From Candidatus Undinarchaeota archaeon (GTDB taxonomy: Archaea; SpSt-1190; JASMDC01): a DNA stretch of 64,000 nucleotides. Within the stretch, counting starts at the first letter, position 1. Every line of letters starts with the position of its first letter. The stretch spans positions 32,001 through 96,000 of the forward strand of contig CAZFHY010000011.1 in assembly GCA_964519305.1 (NCBI GenBank), read 5' to 3'. This document shows positions 27,302-38,100 of this stretch, piece by piece. A model generated the notes under the pieces. The model saw only the letters and a program-made list of their open reading frames with translations, made no database searches and was not told the DNA's origin. The position numbers and the translations under genes were made by a program.

Positions 27302-28219
27302 TCACCTGAAATAAGGTTCACGGGCAACGATGGCCCGCTCGAACGCCTGCTTGCAGGCGTCGATATCGTCAGCTCGAAGGGGGGTGAGGATATCTATGAG
27401 GTTGTCCCTGCGCATGAGGCAGGGCTTGAGATGGCCGTCAGCTGTGAGGCGGAGCCTCGAGCAGTTTGCGCAGAAGGTGTTGTTGTGCATGCTGCGGACC
27501 ACCTCTACGGTGAGGCCGCCGGACAGATTGTACTTGGTCCTGGCATGAAGGCTGCGCCTGATGATCAAGTCCGCTTCACGCGAGAGGCGCTCCTCGAGAG
27601 GGGCAGCAGAGACCACGGCACCTCCGTAAGCGTCGCAGGGGAGGTTCGTGTCCACGAGCTCGATGACCTGGAGGATGGCTCCGGAGTCCCGCGCGTAGTC
27701 CATGAGCCGGTCGAGCTCATGAGCGTTCCTGTTGGTGAGCACGAAGTTGAGCTTCACCGGGGAAAGGTGCTCAATTGCCTCATCAAGACCCGTTAGTACC
27801 TGTTCGAGGGTTCCCACGCCGGTCATTTCCTGATACAATGCGGGGTCCAGGGTGTCCAGAGAGACGTTCACGCGGTCCAGACCGGCCGCAGCGAGCTCCG
27901 AAGCCTGTTCGGCGAGCAGTACTCCATTAGTGGTCATGGATATATTACCTATACCCTCGATAGCGCGGACGGCGGCCACGACGTCGCGGATGTCCTTCCG
28001 CACCAGGGGCTCACCGCCGGTGAGCTTCACGGAACCCACCCCGAATCCTGTGCCCACCCGCACGATGGTGCCGATCTCTTCAGGCGTCATCTCGACGCCG
28101 GCCCCGGTGTCGCTCCCCTCGCGGTGGCAGTAGTCGCACCGGAGGTTGCATCGCTCCGTCACAGAGATACGCAACCCCTTCACCGGTCGACCGTGGGGAT
28201 CGAGCATGGGGCAGACCAT
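27302..28219 (-). CDS. moaA: GTP 3',8-cyclase
   Basis: LRISVTERCNLRCDYC, LTGGEP, RVNVSLD and C-terminal FCANCSRLRLTADG.LKPCL. Confidence 0.96.
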   Translation of the reverse strand: MVCPMLDPHGRPVKGLRISVTERCNLRCDYCHREGSDTGAGVEMTPEEIGTIVRVGTGFGVGSVKLTGGEPLVRKDIRDVVAAVRAIEGIGNISMTTNGVLLAEQASELAAAGLDRVNVSLDTLDPALYQEMTGVGTLEQVLTGLDEAIEHLSPVKLNFVLTNRNAHELDRLMDYARDSGAILQVIELVDTNLPCDAYGGAVVSAAPLEERLSREADLIIRRSLHARTKYNLSGGLTVEVVRSMHNNTFCANCSRLRLTADGHLKPCLMRRDNLIDILTPLRADDIDACKQAFERAIVAREPYFR

Positions 28220-28230
28220 GACCGTGGTAG

Positions 28231-28989
28231 TTAAAAATCCTTTCCTGCGCGACCGTGGGCGGCCTGCTTGAAGGCAACAGCGAGGTCGGGATCCACCCGG
28301 CCACCCCGCTTCAGTGCGGAAGCGACGATTACTCCGTCAGCATGCCCGAGCAGCCCTGAGATCGCGTCCACCGTCGCACCGCTACCGATCAGCACCGGCA
28401 CATCAACGACCGCACGTACGCGCTCGAGATCGTCCGGATCCGGAGCAGCACCTGTGGCCGGCCCGGAGACGATGAGAGCATCGGCCATGCCGCGGCCCAC
28501 GGCATCGCGCGCCTCATCCTCGAGAGAGGGTGCCAGGGAGCGGGCGTGCTTGACATGCACATCGGCGTATACCTTAACATCGCTACCAAGGAGGTGCTTG
28601 AGTCGCTGGACACGGTCCGCGCACCCGTTCACAGTACCTTGGTCACACACGGCCGCGTACACGTAGACGTTGACGCGTATGAACTTGGCGCCGGTAGCGG
28701 TGGCGATCGCAATGGCTGCTTCCGCGTCGTTGCGCAGTACGTTCACTCCGAAAGGGATCTCTAGACCCTCGGCGGCCCGTGTGATCACTGCGGTCATGGA
28801 GGCGACGGTGGTCTTCGAGGAGGTCGGTTCGAACGGTACGTCGTTGAAGTTCTCGAACACCACACAATCGAAACCCGCGTTAGCGAAGGCCTTCGCATCT
28901 AGCCGCGCATTACGCACCACGGTGTCCATGTCCCCCTTCCACCGGGGGCTTCCCGGGAGCGGGTCCAGATGAACTGCGCCAATGAGCAT
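28231..28989 (-). CDS. BtpA/SgcQ-family TIM-barrel protein
   Basis: LIGAVHL.PLPGSP, ENFND.PF, GVNVLRND, ADVHVKH, DALIVSG..TG and IGSG. Confidence 0.92.
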   Translation of the reverse strand: MLIGAVHLDPLPGSPRWKGDMDTVVRNARLDAKAFANAGFDCVVFENFNDVPFEPTSSKTTVASMTAVITRAAEGLEIPFGVNVLRNDAEAAIAIATATGAKFIRVNVYVYAAVCDQGTVNGCADRVQRLKHLLGSDVKVYADVHVKHARSLAPSLEDEARDAVGRGMADALIVSGPATGAAPDPDDLERVRAVVDVPVLIGSGATVDAISGLLGHADGVIVASALKRGGRVDPDLAVAFKQAAHGRAGKDF

Positions 28990-29013
28990 GATGCGCGCGG
29001 AAACAAAACACAC

Positions 29014-29023
29014 ATAAATATTA
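29014..29023. promoter_or_regulatory. Probable bidirectional archaeal TATA box
   Basis: ATAAATATTA lies about 25-30 nt upstream of both tRNA-Val (+) and the BtpA ATG (-). Confidence 0.5.
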
Positions 29024-29045
29024 CTGGCAGAACCGGAGTAAAAGA

Positions 29046-29119
29046 GGGCCTGTAGTCTAGATGGTTATGATGCTGCCTTGACAAGGCAGAGGTCCGGAGT
29101 TCAAATCTCCGCGGGCCCA
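29046..29119 (+). tRNA. tRNA-Val(GAC)
   Basis: GGGCCTG.../...CGGGCCCA acceptor stem, anticodon arm CTGCC-TTGACAA-GGCAG and T-loop GTTCAAATC. No encoded CCA. Confidence 0.97.
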
Positions 29120-29163
29120 TTCACGGGAGGGGCCGATCGTCCCTCCCGAATCCTGCTCCCCAG

Positions 29164-32100
29164 CTATGGGTGGAATCCTCGGTAGTCGAGGTCCTCTTCC
29201 TCCTCTGTCTTCTTTGCCTTTGCTTTGGGGGCCGGGGCCTCGCTACCGGGGTGCAGCCCCTTCCCGGCTGTGCTCGGTCCTGACACTGAACCCGGGTGCA
29301 GCCCTGAGGCCGCGTCGCTAAGCTCTTCCTTGGGCTCCTCCTTCTTTGGGGGAGGCGCTGTTTGTTGGGTCGGCGCTTGCGTGACCTGTCCCTGCCCCCA
29401 ACCGCCAGCCTGTCCGCCCCACTGCATGTTGTTCGCGGGCGTAGCGCGCCACGCGCCGCTCTGACCGTAGTACCCACCGCCGCCATAGTACTGGTTGGCC
29501 ATGTAGTTACCCTGCTGTTGCTGCTGCCACGCAGCCGCGGTCGAAACGGGGATCGCCTTTCCAGGGAAGAACCGCCGTTTGACGGCCAGGAATAGAGCAC
29601 CGATGATAACGATGACCTCGATGAAGTCCTTGATATTGGCCAGCACGCCGATCTGCTCGAGCACCGATTCCTGCTCGACCGTTACAACGACTTTGCGGAT
29701 GATCGTCTTGTTGGGCAATCCGCGCGGGATAGCGTTGATGATGAGCACGTGACTTCCGGGGATCTGCCCTTGCACATCAACTGACAGAGGGAAGGTGGCG
29801 TTCACGTCGATGTTCACCTTAAGACGCTTGATCCACGCAAGACCGACCATGGTGGGATCGCTCTCAAGAGTGATGTCGAAGGCATCGCGCAGGGAACCCG
29901 TGTTCTTCACGGTGAAGGAGAGGAGCTTGGTCTGCTTTTCTATCATATCGATGGTCGGCTCGCTCTCGATCTCCGCATCACAGATGCAGTCGGCCGAGTT
30001 GCGGCAGTTCTCACCGATACCGGGGGCGCACCTCCGGTCGATACAGTCATCGGGTGTACAGTCGACACGACAGGACTCGCACTCCGTCGCAGCCTCGCAC
30101 TCACCGTCACCGCATCCTCCACGACAGGAGTTGGTCTCGGGATCGCACTTCTGGTCGCCGGGGCACTCACAATCGACGCAGCATGTCCCTGCGGTCTCGT
30201 CAGGGCTGTCACAAAAAGTGTCGCCGCACGCGACCCGATAGCACCCGATCTCGTTGGACTCGGGGCGCTGTGCATCACATGTGAATCCTGGCATGCACGA
30301 ACAGTCCTTTGGCGCGATAGCACAGTTTTCGCCCATCGATGTGTCGCACACACCGTTGTTGAGGCAATCCTTGATAGAGCAATCCTGAGGACATTGGCCG
30401 CACTCGTTCTGGCATTTACCATCACCGCACTCGGCCTTGGCGCACTTCTGGGAATGGTCGCATGTGTATCCTTTCTCGCACATGCCCTCGCAGAAACAGT
30501 CCCCACCTCCGCTGCTACGTACCATGCATTCGCTATCCCCATCGCACACTCCCGTTTCACATGCCGAGCCACAATCGCTCCCCTCGTAGATGCACTGGCC
30601 AAGGATGCACCGGTCAACGGAGCAGGGATTCCCGTCATCGCATCCGCAGTCCTCAGGGCAGGTATTGCAATCCTCAGTGGCCTCGCATACCTCATTGGGG
30701 CACTCGGCCGTACATGCATTGGTAGGGTCCGTGGGGCAGGGGTCCTCTGAGTCGGGCATCCCGTCCATATCGCGATCGGGCAGACAACGGTCATCGGCGC
30801 ATATGTAGGTGAACTCGAAGGCGGTCTTGCATGCCTTGTTCGAATCGGTCATGTTCCCGCACCGCACGCACCGGGCTGCAGGATCGCAGATGAGCCCCAT
30901 CTCGGCACAGGATACCTCGGTACCGGGAGTGCATACCGAGATCTGGCACGAGAACTCAATGTGTGCGTTCTGGTGGCACATGTCCGTGCAGTCTTTGTCC
31001 CCCTGGCAGGGCTTGCACGCGTTCTTTGGATCGCGCGGGCAGGGGTCCTTGTCATCAGCGAACTCGTCATTGTCGTAGTCGGGCGCGCACCCATGCTCCC
31101 AAGTGGTGGTGGGATCGCACGTCTCCGTTTCTTTGCACTGACAGTCCTGAGGGCAGTCGTTGCAGTCCTCTCCCTCGTCGCACTTACCGTTACCGCACAG
31201 CATCTCGCAGCGGCCGGCCTTGCACCCGAACTCCGTACCGTATGTGAGCGTGCAGTTGACGTCCGACGTACAGGCCACGCATCCCTTCCGGGTGCAGATC
31301 CCGCCCTCGCTCTTGCAGTCCTGCTCAGGCTTGTCCTGGCATACGTAGTTGTCGCAGGACTGGCCCCGGTAGATGTTCTGCTCGCACGTGTACGGGCAGT
31401 TCTCGTCCTTGAAGCATTTGGCGACCTTGCACCCCAGCGTCTGGAAGTCGCAGGCATAGTTCGCACCGTACTGTGCCTGACACTGCTCGGTTGAGATGCA
31501 CTGGAGGCAGCCCGTGGGCAGCTGACAGATCTGGTTGGACCCGCCGGTGGAGCAATCCTGGATGTCGGCACCCAGGATTTCGCACTTGTGGTTCTGACAG
31601 GTGTAGTTGAGGAAGGAGTAACGCTGGCACTGGTCCTCGCAATGGGTATCGTCCAAGCACTCCACACATCCGCGCTCAGCATTGCACTGGAAGAGGATCT
31701 CCGAGCAGTCCGACGACACCGCTTCACACAGACCGGTATGACATGTGTAGTTTAGGAAGGTGCGACTACCGCCGCCACCGCACTGATTGGCGCACGGCGG
31801 ATTCGTTGCCTGGCAGTCACCCACCTCATTGCACTTACCCGGAGCGTCGCTGTCACAGCAGATACTACCGAAGGAGTTGCAGGTGAGATCACCAGAACCA
31901 AGATTGCACCCTACGTTCCCGCCGCAGTCGAGGCGCCCGCAGTCCTTGCCAGGGAAGAAACCGGGACGCGGCGAGATGCACTGGCCCTTGCAGCAGAAGC
32001 CGCGCACGGTCTCGGTGACGCACGGGGCCTCGTCAGGGATGCACTCGGGCTTGCACAGCCAGTCCTTGAGCGGATCGTCCACACAGATGGGTTTTGAAGC

Positions 32101-35100
32101 GTCACAGTTACGCACCTGGCCGTTGGGGCATGTGACCGCTTTGCTGCACTTCTTGGTACCGGGGTCGCACACGCTGTTACCACCGCACTCGCAGTCCTTC
32201 TCGCATGACTCGCCCTCGTTCTTTGTCTTCTTCTCGACGCATGAGCCAAGCACACAGCACTGGGAAGTACAGTGGATGTCCGACGAGCAGCCGGTCATGC
32301 ATGTACCTACGGTGGGATCGCATACATAGGAACCACATGAGTTCTCAGTAGGGATGTCATATTCGCCGAGCTTTGAGCACTGAGTGGTCCGTGTGCGTTC
32401 GTTGTTGCACACGTGGCGCTCGAATGTATCGCACAACCACTCACTCTCGCGGCACGTGACCTTTCCGCCATCGCACTGGTTGAGACCGCACCCACCACCA
32501 GGATTCCATTGATCACTGGACATGGACTCGCACCCATTACCGCAGCAGTACCCGATAGTACCCTTGTGTTCACAGGCAGCGGCTCCGAAGGCCGAGCACG
32601 AGGCGCAGCGGTCTAGGCCTGTCTGCCCATCGATATCGATGCAGGGGAACTGTGTTTGGCAGTCTACACTGGAAGCGCATGCCGTCCTGCACTGGCCCAC
32701 TGTAGGATTGCACGTGTAGGGGGAACAGTCACCGAGGCTGGAGAACGTCCCCACATTGCTGCATTGGCCTCGTAGGGTGAGGTCCGGTGAGCAAACAGGG
32801 TCGCCGTATGTATCGCATACCCACGAGTCATCCTCGCACTTGACGGCGCCGTTGCAGTCCTGCTCCCCGCAGCGGTTGGCGGGGGTCCACTCCATCACGG
32901 GGGGTGCCTTACAGGCATCGCCGCAGCAGAATCCCGTCTTCCCTCCGAGATCGCATACGGACGCCTCATGGCCCGTACAGGTGTCGCATGCCTCGGGGAC
33001 ACCATCGGTGGTGAGGTCGATGCAGGAGTAGGAAGTAAGACAGTGTTCGTTGGAAATGCATGTGGTCCGGCACTTGCCAGTGGTGCCGTCGCACTTGTAC
33101 GGCACGCAGTTGGTGGCCTGGCCTGTATTGAAGATACCGGTCTGGGTGCAGGTGGAGGACTGGTCCTGGAAGCACTTGTACTGGCCGGCAGTGTTGCACT
33201 TCCAGTCTCCAGCGATGCACTTGACCTGTCCGTCGCATGGGTTCTCTCCGCACTCCGCCTCGGGGAACCATGAGAGATAGAGCATCCCCTTACACGTTCC
33301 ACCGCAGCAGTACCCCGATAGGATGTCCTCCTGGCACTTCTTAGATCCATGCTTGTTGCAGGTGGAGCATTTATCGAGCCGGCCGTTCCCGTCGGTGTCG
33401 ATACACGTCAGTCCCGACTGGCAATCGGCGTCCGAAATACAGAGCGCCCCTTCACCGGCCAGGTCCGTGCACAGGTGGGTGTTCCGGTCACAGAAACCCG
33501 CCTCGCACTCGCAGTCCTTCTGACAAGACTGACCGCTGGGGAGCTTGGAGGTGTAACACTTGTTGTTGCAGCACTCACCCTCGCCCGCTACCGTATAGCA
33601 GAGGCTTCCTTGGGCTATGCCCTCGCACGAGTTGCAGGCGTCCACCTGTCCGTTGGCGTCGCTGTCACGGCATATGGGAGTGCAGTGATTGCCCACGCAG
33701 CATACGCCGGTGCCGCCCTGTGTGTCGATGATCTTGTTCCCATTGTCCTCGGCAGCATCGCAGGTACCGCACCGCCACCCGTTGTTGCCGGTCTTGTCAA
33801 CGCAGAAGCCGGACTGGCACTGGTTACCGTGTGTGCAGGGCTGCCCGTCCACGTATTTACATGTACGCGGATTGCCAGCGCACTTCATATTGGTCGCGCA
33901 CTCGCAGTCATTACCGCAGGGCTCGGTGACCCCCTTCCAACCCACGTTGCACAAGCTCGAGCAGCACTGCTTGATGACCCCGTTCTCGTCGAGACATCCC
34001 ACGCCGTCCACAGAGCAGGTACCGCAGGTGTAGATGCCGCTGGACACGCACTGGCCAGATGCGCACAGGGCGGCGGACGTGCATGTTTCTCCTGCGGCGA
34101 GCTTACAGAGCCCGTTGTGGCACTCCATTCCCACATTGCACTCGCAGTCACGCTGGCATGGAGAGTTGATGGGCTTGGCGTAGATGCACTGGTTGTTGCA
34201 GCACCATCCCTGGGCTAGGACGTCGGTGGAGCATGGAGTCTTTGCCAACATCCCCATACAGGTACCGCACGTGCCGTCCACGCACACCTTGCTGGCGCAG
34301 TCGCGGCCTGACTCGCACTCCTGGCCGTTGACCTTCTTGCATGTGTCCACAGTGGCCGCGCCGTAGGTGTCGATACACGTGAAGCTGGTCTGGTCGCAAA
34401 CACAGTCCTTGCCGCAAGGTGCATTGAGCCCACCCTTCTCGAGAGCGGTGATGCAGGTAGACGTGCAGCACTCGCCCTGGATGCCGGCCCCTTCGTAGCA
34501 TGTATTGCCCTCGGTACAGGTCATGGCGCACTGCGTGGTGCCCGCATCGCAGATCTTAGCGCAGCAGGTGTCCCACGCCCAGGAGTTGCCGCATACCGAT
34601 CCCTCTATACCGGCAGTGATCTTGCACGATGTGCCGACAGCGGCCTGGTCGCACTGCCCGTTGGTGAGGCAAACACCGGAGGTGCAGTCTGTGCTCAGTG
34701 TGCACGTCTGGCCCTTCTTGAGCTTGCACTTCTTTCCGATGCCTGTTTCGGTGCAGGCGAAGTTCTGGTGGCACTGGCAATAGCTGTCGCACGGTCCATC
34801 GAGCGCCTGTGGTGCGGCGCACTGGCCCGCGCAGCACCATCCGTCCGAGATGGTGACCGTCTTGCAGGGAGTGAAGTCGTCGGTGTTGCACGTTCCGCAG
34901 ATGCTCTCTCCCGGGGCACCCACGCACAGGCCAGTACCGCACTGGTCGCCCGATGTGCATGGCTGTCCTGCCGCTTTCTTGCAGACCCCACCAATACATT
35001 CCATGTTCGCTCCGCATTGACATGTGAACGTACATCCCTCTCCAAGACCTTTGGGGGCCGAGCAGATGTTGTTACAGCACTTACCAGAGGTAACGCTCGT

Positions 35101-38100
35101 GCTAGCGCATGAGGTGAAGTCCACGATACCGGTACAGGTGCGGCACGTACCCGCGACGCACTGGCCAACGGCGCATTCGCCCGCGGTGGTGCACGCCTGC
35201 CCGTCCTTCTTCTTACAGCGGTTGTCCTTGCAGGTGTAGATGGGATCGCAATTACAGTCGACCGTGCATCCCTCATCCTGCCCCTTGTGCCGGTTGCACC
35301 CGCCCGAGCAGCACCAACCATCGTCAACGGTACCGGTCTTGCACTGGGTCTCGACGCTCTTACCTCCACAAGTACCGCACACATAGTTACCACCGGCGGT
35401 CTGCTGGACGCATACGTCGCTGGCGCACTGGGCGCCCGATGTGCACGCCTGCCCCTCCTTCCGCTTACATTGGAACCCTGTACAGAGGAACTGGTCCTTA
35501 CACTGGCAGTTCTCGGTGCAGGCGTCCCCCAGTTCGCCGGGCGAGACGCACTCGTCCGCGCAGCACCAACCGTTGGCGACCGTTTGGGTGTCGCAGGTGT
35601 TCGTCTTGCCCTTCCCAACGCAGGTCCCGCACACATCGTTGACGCACACGCTGCTGGCGCAGTCTTCCCCATGGATACAGTCCTGACCGTTTCGGAGCTT
35701 GCAGAGCAGTCCTGTGCAGGCGTACTGGTCCTGGCACTGGCAGTCGGCAGCGCACCCTGCATCGAGCGCACCATGACTAACGCACGCGCCCTCACAGCAC
35801 CAGCCGTCGAGGATGGCGGCGGTCTTGCACGTGGTCGTTATCACCTTGCCCGCACAGGTACCACACGTGCCGGCCACGCAAACACCACTTGAGCACTCGG
35901 ACCCACCGGTGCATGTCTGACCATCCTTGAGCTTGCACTTATCGCCACCCGCGGTATCGGTGCATGCCAGTGTGTTCTGGCATTGGCAGCTCTTGACGCA
36001 GGCCGCATCAAGGAGCAGGAGCTCGCCAGGAGTGTAACAGGCGTCGGCACAGCAGGAACCCTGTGTGCCTTGGTTCTCGTAGCACACATGGTCCTCGACG
36101 CAGGTATTGGTAGAGCACAGGTTGAGCCCGACGTCACATATTGCATTGCAGCATACTGAGCCGCATACTGTACCGATGTTGGCGCCGGCGATCTTGCAGA
36201 TATCGCCCGTGTCATCGGGTCCACAGGTGCCGTCGGTACGACATATACCGCTGGCGCATTGCCCGCTGTCCGTGCAGCTCTCGCCGTCGTCCTTCTTGCA
36301 TTTATTACCCGCACACTGCATACCGACCTTGCACTCGCAGTTCTGTACGCAATCCTCGCCGGTCTCCTTCGGGCTGACACAGGCACCGGCGCAGCACCAG
36401 CCATCGGAGAAAGTCGGTGTCATGCACCCCGTGCTGATGTCGGTCTTGCCCACACAGGTTCCACAGATGCCGCCCACGCAGGCACCCGAGGCGCATGCAG
36501 TGCCGTTGGTACATCCCTGGCCGGCTGCCATGCGGCACAGGTGGTCCGTGGCCACTGCGCATTCCAGGTTAGCGCCGCACTCGCAGTGCTCCTGGCACGC
36601 CTTCTCGTATCCCTTGCGATCGGTCGTGAGGAAGCACTGGTCGGCGCAGCAACTCCCGTACTTCTTGACCCCGCTCACAAGCTTCATACAGGCATGACCC
36701 AGTCCGCAATCGTTGCATACGTCGCTATCTGAGTCGCAGTATCCGTCACAGCACTCACTGTGACAGACTAGACCGTCAGTATTCGTGTCGACCTTGCAGA
36801 GGTCGCCCTGGCCCGGGTTAGTGGCGCAGGATGCGCCCCCGGCGGAGCACACCTTCGAGTCACAGTCAGTGCTCCGGGAGCAGGTCTGACCTCCAGTAAG
36901 TTTGCATAATCCTATACCGAAAGAGCATGAGAGCTCTGTATCGCCCTGGCAGTTGCAGTTGGCGATGCACACGCCGTTGAGAGGGACCGCATCGACGCAC
37001 GCGCCGTTGCAGCACCATCCGCTCTGCGTGTTACCGGACTGACACGATACTTTATCCTGAGTGCAATCACCGCACAGACCATCCACGCACACGTTCGAAC
37101 CGCACTGGTTCCCCAGAGTGCAGGGCTGACCGCTCTTGGTCTTGCACACACCGCCCGTGCACTCCAGCTGGGCAGTATCATCGCATTCGCAGGTTTCCTG
37201 ACACACCTGGCCCAGCGGAAGCTTCTCTGCTTGACGGACGCACTTGTTGTTGCAGCACTTCCCCTGTAGCCCTCCCTGGCCGCCAGCGCTCTCGTAGCAG
37301 GTGGCACCGGCGTTTGCGCACCCAGCATCGCAAGTGTAAGGCGTAGCGCCCGTGTTGCAGATGTTGGCGCAGCAGACATCGTTGCACACAGATCCCGTTG
37401 GATTCCCACCGAGCATGCACTTGGACCCGGTCGTTGGCGTTCCGCATATGCCGGCAGCATCGCAGATCTCGGAGGAACATTGGGCACTATCCGTACAGGT
37501 CTGGCCAATCTTGAGCTTGCACCGCTGGTTCCCCTCGGCCCCGACGCACTGCATGGTGGTCTCGCAATGGCAGTCCGAGGTGCACTCAGCATCCTGTCCT
37601 TGCGGATCAACGCACTGGGCGCCGCAGCACCAGCCATCGTCCACACCCTCCCGGTTACATGTCGTGAAGTCGTTCCCTCCGCAAGCGCCGCACGTTCCGT
37701 CCACACACACCCCGCTAACGCATTGGCCCCAGGAGGTGCAGGTCTGGCCGTCGACCTTCTTGCACTTCTTGTTCCCGGCGGCCCCTACGCATAGGTAGTT
37801 GTTCTGGCAGTGGCAGTCAGCGGTACACGAACCGTCCTGCCCCTTGGGCTCCACACACTCGGCACCGCAGCACCAACCTGTGAGAGCTCCCGCACTGCAC
37901 TCCTTCTTGGTGGTCCCGGCCCCGCATGTTCCGCATTTGTAGCTGTCCTGCGTCATCTCGATACACACGCTGCTGGCACATTGATTGCCCGCGGAGCAGG
38001 TCCGGTCGTCCTTCAGCTTGCATGCAAGGAGCGTGCATACGTAGTCGCCCTTGCACTGGCAGTCGGCCGCGCAGGTGCCGTCGAGCGACTTACGTTCGTC

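Noticed and set aside
21239-29119. Integrated element between or beside the two tRNAs
   Set aside because: No integrase, no duplicated tRNA 3' end noticed, and the content is housekeeping (xse, moa).
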